In this document: piece by piece, positions 8,624 to 17,891 of the stretch
Layout: each line of letters opens with the position of its first letter
Numbering within the stretch: the first letter of the stretch is position 1
Assembly (NCBI GenBank): GCA_036336695.1
Contig: JAYZFQ010000109.1
Coordinates: forward strand, 8,619 to 72,618
Reading direction: 5' to 3'
Origin: Myxococcota bacterium
GTDB taxonomy: Bacteria > Myxococcota_A > UBA9160 > SMWR01
DNA: 64,000 nt
Notes under the pieces: model-generated
Seen by the model: only the letters and a program-made list of their open reading frames with translations
What the model was told of the DNA's origin: nothing
Databases searched by the model: none
Translations under genes and position numbers: made by a program

Positions 8624-10383
8624 AACCCCCGATGCGTTGGGCGTCGCTCGTACTCATCGCGTGGCTCGGGTCGAATGTCGCCGCCGCGCAGACCGCGCTG
8701 GACGTGGGGGACCACCCCGAAGGCACGGGCACTGTGACGGGCACGGTACACCTCGCCGACGGCACCCCCGGCGCCGACCTCGAGGTCGCGCTCGTTTCCT
8801 TCGTGCCGGACGGGACCCAGGGGCTCTCCCGGGTCCAGTCCGAACCCGATGGCAGCTTTGTCTTCGAGGGCCTCTCGACCGAACCCGAGATCGCCTACTA
8901 CGTCGTCGCCAACCAGGACGGCGTGCGCCACAGCGAAAAGGCGAGCTTCGGCGAAGGGCGCGAAGAATTGCGCGTTTCCCTGCGCGTCGCCCCCACCACT
9001 GCGGACGCCGGAGCCCGGCAGCTCGGCGAGAGCTTCCTGCGCATCGAGACCGGGTGCGGTGGACTGCGGGTGACCGAGACCCACGAACTCGAAAATCCGA
9101 CGGAAAGCGTACTCTTCGTTCCCGAGGCGGAACGCGGCGAACGCGACCCGATCTTCGAGATCCTCCTCCCGGAACGTGCCGGGGCCGTTACCTCGCACCT
9201 CGGAATGTTTCCGGTCGGGTCCGAGCGCCGCCGGCGCCTCATGCGCTTCTGGGGCCCGCTCTACCCCGGGACCCAGCGCCTCGAGTACTCCTACGCGCTC
9301 CCGGACGGGGAGGCGCAATGGAGCTTTCCCGCCGGAACGCCGCAGGTCCAGGTCGTCTTGGACACCGAGAGTTCCGCGCTCGACGAAAGCGACCTCCGCC
9401 CCGGACCGCCGCTGGACATCGCTTCCCGCCCCCAGCGCACGTTTCTCGCGGGGCCGCTGGCGCCGGGGGAATCGCTCACCCTCCCCCTGGAGGCAGGAAG
9501 CGCCGGGTCGACCTCCGGCACCGTTGAACGGGCCCACGTGTGGATCGAACTCGACGACGCCACGGTGAGCGTGGACGAACAGCTGCGCTTCCGCGCCCCG
9601 GACATCGCGCGGGCGGACCCGCTCCTCTGCTGGACGGTTCCGGAAGGCGCGTTCGACATTCGCTTCTCCCAGGACGCCTTCGCCCTGGGACTCACGCGGG
9701 ACCCATCGGGGCAGCTCGAGATTCCCGGACCCCTGCCTCCGGGTCCCCACGTGCTGGCCGTGAGCTACCGACTCCCGGCAGACGGTGCCGTCGATCTCAC
9801 CCGGCGATTCGGAAGCGCCGTGCCCCTGCTCTCGGTCGCCGTCGCCGACACCGGGATCCTCGCGGAGACGGGCCGCCTCCACCGGCGCCGCCCGGTGCGC
9901 GTGGGTGAACGCAACTATCTCCACCTGGAAGCGTTCCAGATCGAACCCGACGAAGAAATCGATCTGACCCTGTCTCGCCTGCCCGCGCCCCAGTCGCTGC
10001 CGCGTTTCGCCACCGCGGGGTTCGCGCTCGCCGCCTTCCTCGGCGTCGTGTTCTACGTGGGCGCCCCCCTGCGGCGCCCGGCTGCGGAAGCCCCGACCAG
10101 CGAAACCCGCGCCGACCAGCTCGCCGCCGAGCGCGCCGCCGTGTACGCGGCCATCGCGGACCTCGACGACGACCTGGACACCGGGAAGATCACGGCGGAA
10201 GACCACCAGCGACTTCGCGCAGAACTCAAGAGCGAAGCCGTCCAACTCCTGGAAGCAGAGCGCTCCTCCCCTGAAAAGAGCGCGGAGGCCGCAGAGCCGC
10301 GTTGCGCGACATGCAGCACCCGGCTGCCGGAACAGGCCCGCTTCTGCCCGAACTGCGGCACGGCACTGGACGAGAACACGTGA
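8620..10383 (+). CDS. Large exported/membrane protein with carboxypeptidase-regulatory-like beta domain, TM, CcmI-like helix and C-terminal zinc ribbon
   Basis: Signal peptide; GTVTGTV...DGSFVFEGL; TM near the C-terminus; AIADLDDDLDTGKITAEDHQRLR; CATC...FCPNCG. Coupled to ccmF and ccmA by GTGA overlaps. Confidence 0.7.
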   Translation: MKPPMRWASLVLIAWLGSNVAAAQTALDVGDHPEGTGTVTGTVHLADGTPGADLEVALVSFVPDGTQGLSRVQSEPDGSFVFEGLSTEPEIAYYVVANQDGVRHSEKASFGEGREELRVSLRVAPTTADAGARQLGESFLRIETGCGGLRVTETHELENPTESVLFVPEAERGERDPIFEILLPERAGAVTSHLGMFPVGSERRRRLMRFWGPLYPGTQRLEYSYALPDGEAQWSFPAGTPQVQVVLDTESSALDESDLRPGPPLDIASRPQRTFLAGPLAPGESLTLPLEAGSAGSTSGTVERAHVWIELDDATVSVDEQLRFRAPDIARADPLLCWTVPEGAFDIRFSQDAFALGLTRDPSGQLEIPGPLPPGPHVLAVSYRLPADGAVDLTRRFGSAVPLLSVAVADTGILAETGRLHRRRPVRVGERNYLHLEAFQIEPDEEIDLTLSRLPAPQSLPRFATAGFALAAFLGVVFYVGAPLRRPAAEAPTSETRADQLAAERAAVYAAIADLDDDLDTGKITAEDHQRLRAELKSEAVQLLEAERSSPEKSAEAAEPRCATCSTRLPEQARFCPNCGTALDENT

Positions 10384-11084
10384 ACGGAGCCCGCGTGGTC
10401 TGCCAATCGCTGTCGAAGCGATTCGGACGCGCCGTGGCGCTCGACGCCCTCGAACTCGTGGTCGAACCTGGGGAGGGGGTCGCCCTCCTGGGCCCGAACG
10501 GAGCCGGGAAATCGACACTCCTGCGGCTGATCGCCGGGCTCGCCCGGCCCAGCGCCGGGCACCTGGCGGTGGACGGCACTCCGGCACACCAGCGCGAAGC
10601 ACGGGCGCGTGTCGGTTACATCGGTCACGCAACGCTGCTCTACGGCGAGCTCACCGCCCGAGAAAACCTGGTATTCGCCGGGAAGCTGCACGGGGTTCCG
10701 GACCCGGGCGCACGGGCCGACGAACTGCTCGCGGAGGAGGAACTCGCCCCCGTGGCCGGCGACCGGGTCCAATCGCTTTCGCGCGGCATGTCCCAGCGGC
10801 TGGCGATCGCCCGGGGCCTGATTCACGACCCGCCGCTCGTGCTGCTGGACGAGCCGTTCAGCGGGTTGGACCGCGCGGCAGCGCGACGCCTGACCGACCG
10901 GCTCCAACGGCTGCGCGCCGGAGGGCGCACCGTCGTGCTCGTCACCCACGAACTCTCCCGGGCCGCAGAACTGTCCACGGCCTCGCTCGTCCTCTCCCGG
11001 GGCCGGGTCGTCCACACCGGGCGCAGCGAAGACGCGGCGGGGATGGAGCATGCCTACCTTGCCGCTGTGGAAGGCCGGGCATGA
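10380..11084 (+). CDS. ccmA: Heme ABC exporter ATP-binding subunit
   Basis: GPNGAGKST, LSRGM, LLLDEP; ccm context. Confidence 0.9.
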   Translation: MNGARVVCQSLSKRFGRAVALDALELVVEPGEGVALLGPNGAGKSTLLRLIAGLARPSAGHLAVDGTPAHQREARARVGYIGHATLLYGELTARENLVFAGKLHGVPDPGARADELLAEEELAPVAGDRVQSLSRGMSQRLAIARGLIHDPPLVLLDEPFSGLDRAAARRLTDRLQRLRAGGRTVVLVTHELSRAAELSTASLVLSRGRVVHTGRSEDAAGMEHAYLAAVEGRA

Positions 11085-11746
11085 GAGAAGGGGTCGCGCT
11101 CTGCTTGAAGGACCTGCTGATCGAGTGGCGCAGCCGCGACCGCGTGGTTTCCACCCTCCTCTTCGCCCTCCTCGTGGTCCTCGTGTTCCACTTCGCCTTG
11201 CCGGGCGGCGCCACCGCGCGCACCCAGGAAAACGCCCCCGGACTCCTCTGGGTGGCCTACATCCTTGCCGCCCTGTTCGGACTCGGCCGCGCCTTCTCGC
11301 TCGAACTCGACAACGATGCCATCGCGGGCCTGGCCCTCGCGCCCGTGGAGCGCGGTTGGATCTTCCTGGGAAAGGCCGCGGCCAACCTCGTGATCCTGGC
11401 GCTCGCCCAGGCGGTCACCGCCCTGGCCTTCGCGCTCGTGTTCGAACTCGATGTGTTCGCCGTGGCCGGCCGCCTGGCCGGGCTGGTCCTGCTGGGATCT
11501 CTCGGGCTGTGCGCGATCGGCACCTTCTTCTCGGCGGTCGCCGTGCGTACACGCTTCCGCGAAGTGATGCTTCCACTCCTGATGCTGCCGCTGCTGGTGC
11601 CGGTCCTGTCTGGGGCGGTTCGCGCAACGACGAGCCTTTTCGAAACCGGAAGCGTCCCCTTCGATGCGGTTCAGTTGCTGATCGTGACGGACGCGATCTA
11701 TCTGATAGGCTCTTTCTTGCTATTCGACTTCGTCGTAGACGAGTAA
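11081..11746 (+). CDS. ccmB: Heme exporter membrane protein CcmB
   Basis: KDLLIEWRS, APGLLWVA, IFLGK, LPLLMLPLLVP; about six TM segments. Confidence 0.9.
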   Translation: MREGVALCLKDLLIEWRSRDRVVSTLLFALLVVLVFHFALPGGATARTQENAPGLLWVAYILAALFGLGRAFSLELDNDAIAGLALAPVERGWIFLGKAAANLVILALAQAVTALAFALVFELDVFAVAGRLAGLVLLGSLGLCAIGTFFSAVAVRTRFREVMLPLLMLPLLVPVLSGAVRATTSLFETGSVPFDAVQLLIVTDAIYLIGSFLLFDFVVDE

Positions 11747-11748
11747 CC

Positions 11749-12396
11749 ATGATTCGCGCCAGCGGGATACTCCTTGCCCTGTTCTTCGCCGCAACCACGT
11801 GGCTGGTGGCGACGGCTCCCACCGACTCCATGCAGGGGGCGATCCAGAAGATCCTCTACGTGCACGTTCCGTGCGCGTTCGCTGCCTACGCAGGCTTCAT
11901 CGTGACCGGGGTCTCGGGCGCGCTCTACCTGTGGCGCCGCGACGAACGCTTCGACTGGTGGGCGCTCGCAGGGGCGGAAGTCGGCGTGGTCTTCTGCACC
12001 CTCAACATCGCCAGCGGCCCGATCTGGGCCCGGGGGACCTGGGGCCACTGGTGGGCCTGGGATCCGCGGCTGACCGTGACCCTGATCCTCTGGTTCATCT
12101 ATCTCGCGTACCTGATGCTGCGCAGCTTTACCGAGGGGAGCGAGCGGACGGCCCGCTTTGCCGCCGTCTACGGCATCCTGGCCCTCGCCGCGATCCCCCT
12201 CAACTACTACGCCATCGACCTCTTCGGCGGGGCGGCAATGCACCCCGAGAACCTCGAGCGAGACAGCCTGGGAGCCGGCATGCGGCTCCCCTTCGCGGCC
12301 AGCGTCCTGACCGGCCTGATTGCGCTCTGGCACCTCGTCACGGTGCGCCAGGACATCGCGCGGCGACACGCGGAAGTTCCTGAAATCACCGGGTGA
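11749..12396 (+). CDS. ccmC: Heme exporter/transfer protein CcmC
   Basis: YVHVP, WWD motif GPIWARGTWGHWWAWDPRLT, second His in MHP. Confidence 0.93.
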   Translation: MIRASGILLALFFAATTWLVATAPTDSMQGAIQKILYVHVPCAFAAYAGFIVTGVSGALYLWRRDERFDWWALAGAEVGVVFCTLNIASGPIWARGTWGHWWAWDPRLTVTLILWFIYLAYLMLRSFTEGSERTARFAAVYGILALAAIPLNYYAIDLFGGAAMHPENLERDSLGAGMRLPFAASVLTGLIALWHLVTVRQDIARRHAEVPEITG

Positions 12397-12431
12397 ATCG
12401 GCCGCGGAGCCTGTCGAACGGCAGTTGCCGG

Positions 12432-12461
12432 TTGACAAGTAGGGGGGTTCAGGAGTATAAG
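12432..12461 (+). promoter_or_regulatory. Near-consensus sigma70 promoter
   Basis: TTGACA (12432-12437)-18 nt-TATAAG (12456-12461). Confidence 0.6.
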
Positions 12462-12895
12462 CTCCAATGGCCTAAACTGCGGACTTCGTTGGGTTTTAGG
12501 GGTTTTTGCCCGCAGTTCTGGCAGCTTTCGATCCAACATGGAGGCGACCGCTGACCCATCCCCCCATTGGGGGAGCGTGTGCGCAAGCGAGGCTCCGAAG
12601 GCCCGCTGCGACAGAATTTGCGCGACCTCGGATTGGGCCGGCACAAGACGGTAAGGCGTTTCCCGAAAGAGAGCGCTCCCGTAGTCCGGTCCGGGCCCGG
12701 CGGCCCGTTGCACACACGCAGAACGAAAGCAGACGGACCTGAAAGCGCAGGTCCGCACAAAAGAATCGGCCACCGCACCTAGCGGTGGCACGGGGTTTGC
12801 GAAGTTCTCCGCAGGGACCCGGGGAGAATTTCGGGTCGATTGCCACACCCCCGGTGGCTCGGGTCCGGGAGGCGATCCAAGAAAGGATGGCCAGC

Positions 12896-13384
12896 ATGAA
12901 GCGCGGCGTTGGGTACTGCGAAAACACGGATTGCGAGGACTACGCCAAGGGCGTGTTCCTCCTCAACCACGGCGACACCTTCTACTGTCCTCGCTGCCGC
13001 CAGCTCGGCAAGGTCGAGAAGGAACGTGGCTTCTACACCGGAAACACGGACATCTTCAAGGAAGTCCGTGTCGAGTACAACTTCGACCCGATCAACGGTG
13101 TCTATCGCGAAATCGCGATCGTCCGGGACGAGAGTCTCTGGGGTCGCAACAACGTGTACACGCTCCAGTCGCCGCTCATCAAGACCGAGAAGCGGGCGCT
13201 GAAGGTGGCCGAAGCGATTCTCGCCAACCTGAACCGGTACCGCGGCCTGCTCAACAGCGACGACATCCCGAGGACCACGGAGATCATCCTGTCGTTCGAC
13301 GACGAGTTCGACGAGTTCTCGCGCAAGCTCCAGCAGTTGTCGAAGGAGTGGGAAGCCAGCGGGCTCCGCGAGGGGCAGCGCTAG
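12896..13384 (+). CDS. Hypothetical Cys4 zinc-ribbon protein (162 aa)
   Basis: AAAGGA RBS; MKRGVGYCENTDC...FYCPRC; strong C/G-ending codon bias; followed by a hairpin. Confidence 0.85.
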   Translation: MKRGVGYCENTDCEDYAKGVFLLNHGDTFYCPRCRQLGKVEKERGFYTGNTDIFKEVRVEYNFDPINGVYREIAIVRDESLWGRNNVYTLQSPLIKTEKRALKVAEAILANLNRYRGLLNSDDIPRTTEIILSFDDEFDEFSRKLQQLSKEWEASGLREGQR

Positions 13385-13409
13385 CCCACCCGCCGCGATA
13401 CGCGACACA

Positions 13410-13443
13410 GCGAAGCCCTCGGCCGATCGGCCGGGGGCTTCGC
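13410..13443. terminator. Probable bidirectional terminator hairpin between convergent genes
   Basis: GCGAAGCCCTCGGCC-GATC-GGCCGGGGGCTTCGC. Confidence 0.65.
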
Positions 13444-13447
13444 CGTT

Positions 13448-14011
13448 TCAGGCCCCGCCACCCCCACGGGCGTCCAGGCGCATTCGCAAGTCGATCCAGA
13501 AGCCTTGCAGGATTTCGCGCACGCCCCAGTGCTCGTGACGCTCGACCGGCTCCGGTCGGTCCGCGAGAGCGTCGGCGAGCGGCCCGCGATACCAGGGGAA
13601 CAAGGTCCCCGGCAGCGCGTCGAGAGGAAACCACCGGACCAGCGGGGTTTCCGGGCTGGGCCGGGGCACGCCGGCCAGCGGCCGGCAGCGCCAGACGTGG
13701 GCGATGTGCGGTCGGAAGCCGCGGCGGATATAGGCGCCCACCCGACGCTCGACCGCGACCGAGACCCCGGTCTCTTCCAGGATCTCGCGCTGCAGCGTCT
13801 GCTCCCCGCTCTCCCCCGGATCGGGGTTGCCTCCCGGGAGCTCCCAGCCGCGCAGATCCGACCGCACGCTGAGCAGCACGCGCCCCCCGTCCAGAATCAC
13901 GCCCTGGTGCACCACCAGGGGACCGCCTTCGCGCCGCGGCAGTACCAGCCCCCACCAGGCGACCTTGGCGTAGGTCGGCAGCATGCGGCGCAGCTGCCGG
14001 AGCGCGCTCAC
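13448..14011 (-). CDS. Nudix hydrolase
   Basis: Nudix box WELPGGNPDPGESGEQTLQREILEETGV; GTG start overlaps the hisG stop. Confidence 0.9.
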   Translation of the reverse strand: MSALRQLRRMLPTYAKVAWWGLVLPRREGGPLVVHQGVILDGGRVLLSVRSDLRGWELPGGNPDPGESGEQTLQREILEETGVSVAVERRVGAYIRRGFRPHIAHVWRCRPLAGVPRPSPETPLVRWFPLDALPGTLFPWYRGPLADALADRPEPVERHEHWGVREILQGFWIDLRMRLDARGGGGA

Positions 14012-14892
14012 TCGACGATCTTGTTCAGGGGGTACTCGACGATCGCGCGGGCTCCCGCCTCGACGAGCTTCGGGTAGAGCGCTGTCGCGAGATTTTCCTC
14101 GATGACGGTGTTGATGGCGACCCAGCGCTCGTCCGACAGCGTGGAAATCGTGGGCTTGCCCAGGGCGGGCAGCAAGGCGAGGACGCGGTCGAGTCGCCCC
14201 TTCGGAACGTTCATCATCAGTCCCACGCGGTCGACGGCTTCGATCGCCCCCTTCAACATCAGGAGCAGCCGCTCCATCTTGCGCATCTTCCACGCGTCCT
14301 TGACGGACTCGCGGTTGGCGATGAAACGCGGCGTGCTCTCGAGCACCGTGTCGATCACCCGGAGATTGTTCGCACGCAGGCTCGAGCCGGTCTCGGTCAC
14401 GTCCACGATCGCGTCGGCCAGCGTCGGCGGCTTCACTTCGGTCGCGCCCCAGGAAAACTCGACCTCTGCCTTCACGCCGTGCTCCCGGAGGTAGCGACGC
14501 GTCAGGTTCACGACTTCCGTGGCAATCCGCGCCCCCGAGAGATCGGCGGGTTTGCGGATCTTCGACCCCTCCTTCACCGCCACGACCCAGCGCACCGGTC
14601 CGTAGTTGGGCCAGGGCGCGCGGAGGTCCGCGAGTTCCTTCACCCGGGCGCGGCTCTCGCGGGTCCAGTCGATCCCCGTGATCCCGGCATCGAGCACGCC
14701 CTGGCCGACGTAGCGGGCCATTTCCTGCGCTCGGATCAGGATGCACTCAATCTCGGGGTCGTCGATATCCGGGTAGTAGGAGCGGTCGGCAATCCGCAGA
14801 CGGAACCCCGCCTGGGTAAAGAGCCGCTGGGTCGTTTCCTGCAAGCTGCCCTTGGGCAGGCCCAGCCGGAGGGTGCGGCGTGAAGCACTCAT
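14008..14892 (-). CDS. hisG: ATP phosphoribosyltransferase, long form
   Basis: LRLGLPKGSL, IRAQEM, FSWGATE, DVTETGSSLRANNL; C-terminal regulatory domain. Confidence 0.96.
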   Translation of the reverse strand: MSASRRTLRLGLPKGSLQETTQRLFTQAGFRLRIADRSYYPDIDDPEIECILIRAQEMARYVGQGVLDAGITGIDWTRESRARVKELADLRAPWPNYGPVRWVVAVKEGSKIRKPADLSGARIATEVVNLTRRYLREHGVKAEVEFSWGATEVKPPTLADAIVDVTETGSSLRANNLRVIDTVLESTPRFIANRESVKDAWKMRKMERLLLMLKGAIEAVDRVGLMMNVPKGRLDRVLALLPALGKPTISTLSDERWVAINTVIEENLATALYPKLVEAGARAIVEYPLNKIVE

Positions 14893-15275
14893 CGGCCATA
14901 CACCTCCTTCGGATCGAACACCTGCTCTCCGACGTCTTCCCAGCCTCCGTCTGCCAGCTTCCGGTAGAAGCAGCTGCGCCGGCCCGTGTGGCAGGCCGCC
15001 CGCCCCTTCTGCTCCACGCGCAACACGACGCAGTCTCCGTCGCAATCGACGTAGAGGGCCTTGAGATCCTGGGTGTTCCCGCTCTCCTCGCCCTTGTGCC
15101 AGAGCTTGTTGCGAGAAGTGCTCCAGTAGTGCACCTCCCCCGTCTCGAGCGTACGACGCAAAGCGGCCTCGTTCATGGACGCAACCATCAGGACGTCGCC
15201 CGTGGCGTGATCCAGGGCAATCGCGGTAACGAAGCCATCGCGCTTCGCAAAATCGAGCGCCGAAAGCGGGTCCAT
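14889..15275 (-). CDS. hisI: Phosphoribosyl-AMP cyclohydrolase, monofunctional (128 aa)
   Basis: YWSTSRNKLWHKGEESGN, DCDGD, ACHTGRRSCFY; no fused HisE domain. Confidence 0.96.
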   Translation of the reverse strand: MDPLSALDFAKRDGFVTAIALDHATGDVLMVASMNEAALRRTLETGEVHYWSTSRNKLWHKGEESGNTQDLKALYVDCDGDCVVLRVEQKGRAACHTGRRSCFYRKLADGGWEDVGEQVFDPKEVYGR

Positions 15276-15288
15276 GGGGAAGCGGAGG

Positions 15289-17871
15289 CTACCCGGCGGC
15301 GAGCGTGGCCGCCAGACGGTCGCGCAGCGCAGGCAACTCGGCACTCGACGCGCCACGCACCAGGCGGCCGGTTTCTCGCTCGCCCTCGGCGAAGGCGACC
15401 ATCCCGAGCCGCACCAGCAGGTCGACGGCATTGCTGAAGGTCACGGGGTTGGCCCCTTCGCGCCGAGCGACCTCCCCCAGCAGGGCCGCGCGGTCGAACT
15501 GCTCCGCGGCCGCTTTCTGTAGCGCTTTCAATTCGACCGAATCGCCCTCGTCCAGTAGCGCACCGACCGCGGCGCACGCGCAGTAATAGGCCTCGACCAC
15601 GGGGCGGGTCTGTTCCGCCAGGAAGCGGAGCGCTCCGGTCCCCTTCTCGGTGGCCAGCAGTTCTCCGTCCCGGCGCTCGATCCAGCCCCGGCCCTCGAAG
15701 TGGTCCAGGAATGCATCCACGTGCGCAGCGAGCACTTCGCCCTGGGGCGTGAAGAACTCGGGATAGAACAGATCCAGCCACTCGCGAAGATCCGCGCGCC
15801 AGGCCCCGCCGCGTCGGCCCGTCAATACCTGCCGGGCCAGCCAACTCGGGAGGGCCAGGAACTGCACGATCGAATTGCGGTAGAAGTCGAGGGCGCGGCG
15901 TTTCGACTCTTCGTAATACAGCAGTTCGCCACGAGCGTCGCTGACGGTCTTCAGGAGATCCATGCGCAGCATGGATGCGATCGACTCCTCGAAGCTGCCT
16001 TCGTCCGCCACCAGCGCCGGTGTCAGCCGCACGTCCTGGAGACGCAACAGGTCCACCACTTCCTGCATGCGGCGCACCAGTTCGGGGCGCAGCATGCCGC
16101 GGCGCCGCTCGCCCAGGAGAGCGCAGGCGGCGACGGAAGTCACGTTCGGCACAGCCGCCCAATTGATCCGCTCGACCAGGCGATTTCCGAGCGAGGCCAC
16201 GAAGGCGCGCTTCTCCGCTGCAACTTCCGGAGTCGCCTCCGTCGCGAAGGTCGCACGCCGGTCGCCGAGAGCATCGCCGAGAGAAATCGGCTCTCCGAGA
16301 CTGACGAACACGCTCCCGAAGCGGCGCTGAAGGTATTTCCGCGCGCGCACGAGGCCCCACAGGCTCTCGTCTTTCTTGTTGCCCCCCTCCAGCTCGTCGA
16401 CCATCGAGCCTTCCTCGACGAGTCGCTCGTAGGTGATCGCGATCGGCACGAAGAACAGGTCCCGCCGCGCCGTGGAGAGAAAGGCCTCCACCTCCCAGGA
16501 GAGGATCCCCAAGCGCGGAGCGAGCGTCTTGCCCGTGCGCGATCGGCCTCCCTCGATGAAGAATTCCTGGGTCACCCCCTCCGAAACGAGATGGGCGACG
16601 TAGGCGCGAAAGATTTCCTTGTAGAGCGAATCGTCGAAGGACTTGCGCATGAAGAAGGCGCCGCAACGGCGCCAGAGGAAACCGAAGGGACCGAACCCCA
16701 TGTTCTCGCGCGCGGCGATGTGCGGCGGAATCAGGTAGTTCGCGTAGAAGATCATCGACACGATCAGGAAATCGAAATACGAGCGGTGACTCGGCACGAG
16801 CACGATCGGGTGCCGCTTCGCGTACCGCGCGACCGTCTCGAGTCCCGACACTTCGACCTTCGCGAAGAGACGACGCACCACGGCGCCCGACAAGGCGTTG
16901 AGCGCAGCGAGGAACGTGGAGTTCATGTTGGCGGCGATCTCTCGCAGCATGCCCTCGGCATCGGCGCGCGCCCGGGAAAGCGGCACCCCGGCATCGCGGG
17001 CCCGGGCACGCATCGCCTGCTGAACGCGGGGCTCCGAGACCACGATGTCCAGCACCTTGGGGAAGGGCCGCAGGCTCGGCCCCTCCACCGCCTTTTCCTC
17101 CCGGTAGAGGAACGTCATGATCGAGCGGCGCACCATCCGCGTCACGGCGTGCTGGCCCTGGGCCTCCCGAGACCGAATGAAGGCCGTCAGGTCGATCGCG
17201 TCGCCCACCTTGACCGCCAGATCCCGGTAGGTGGTGAGAAACGACGTCACCTTGGCGAGATCCGACGGCCGCGTGGCGGCGCCGTAGAAGAGGTTGAGGA
17301 AACGGCGGCGTGACCGGGGTCCCTTGCGCCAGAAGATGGCCAAGGGCACGACGCGAACGGGGGAGCCCGATTTCCAGGCGGCGTCGACCACTTCTTCGAG
17401 CGGATCCCGTTCCCCGGTTCCGTCCGGCCCAGGCCGGGCACGCAACCGCGCCGTCCGCAGGAACAGGAAACTCGATGCACCTTCTTGTACGACCGCGCGG
17501 GCGTAGCGCCGTTCGCGCTCGCTGCGATCCTCCCCCGCCCTGCCGACGCGCCACGCGGTTCCCAGGGCCTCGAAAAGGGGCCGGAAGTAGTAGAACCGAA
17601 TCCCGTTGGCATGACTCGACAGCCGGAGCCCCGCACGGACGAACACGGTGTTGAACAGGAAGTAATCGAGCCGGCTCGCGTAGCGCATGACGTAGACGAC
17701 CGAGCCGCTGGCTTCGATCTCGCGCAGCCGAGCGACCGTGGCTTCGTCGAACCCGAAGTGGCTGAAGAAGCGCTTGGCGAACCGCCGCAGGAAGAAACCG
17801 AACCTCGGCGTCATGGCCGAAAGCGCATCGCTCTCGACCCCGGCGGAGGGCGGCGGCGAGGCATCCCGCAT
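15289..17871 (-). CDS. plsB: Glycerol-3-phosphate acyltransferase, PlsB type
   Basis: PSHRSYFD (HxxxxD), GAFFMRKSF, FFIEGGRSRTGK, VPIAITYE. Confidence 0.88.
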   Translation of the reverse strand: MRDASPPPSAGVESDALSAMTPRFGFFLRRFAKRFFSHFGFDEATVARLREIEASGSVVYVMRYASRLDYFLFNTVFVRAGLRLSSHANGIRFYYFRPLFEALGTAWRVGRAGEDRSERERRYARAVVQEGASSFLFLRTARLRARPGPDGTGERDPLEEVVDAAWKSGSPVRVVPLAIFWRKGPRSRRRFLNLFYGAATRPSDLAKVTSFLTTYRDLAVKVGDAIDLTAFIRSREAQGQHAVTRMVRRSIMTFLYREEKAVEGPSLRPFPKVLDIVVSEPRVQQAMRARARDAGVPLSRARADAEGMLREIAANMNSTFLAALNALSGAVVRRLFAKVEVSGLETVARYAKRHPIVLVPSHRSYFDFLIVSMIFYANYLIPPHIAARENMGFGPFGFLWRRCGAFFMRKSFDDSLYKEIFRAYVAHLVSEGVTQEFFIEGGRSRTGKTLAPRLGILSWEVEAFLSTARRDLFFVPIAITYERLVEEGSMVDELEGGNKKDESLWGLVRARKYLQRRFGSVFVSLGEPISLGDALGDRRATFATEATPEVAAEKRAFVASLGNRLVERINWAAVPNVTSVAACALLGERRRGMLRPELVRRMQEVVDLLRLQDVRLTPALVADEGSFEESIASMLRMDLLKTVSDARGELLYYEESKRRALDFYRNSIVQFLALPSWLARQVLTGRRGGAWRADLREWLDLFYPEFFTPQGEVLAAHVDAFLDHFEGRGWIERRDGELLATEKGTGALRFLAEQTRPVVEAYYCACAAVGALLDEGDSVELKALQKAAAEQFDRAALLGEVARREGANPVTFSNAVDLLVRLGMVAFAEGERETGRLVRGASSAELPALRDRLAATLAAG

Positions 17872-17891
17872 CGTCGCCGGAGGGTAGCAGG

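Noticed and set aside
12640..12760. c-di-GMP-I riboswitch suggested by GAAA-containing loops
   Set aside because: The GGCAAAC and GACGCAAAGC-type conserved segments are not recognisable; kept only as an unclassified structured leader.
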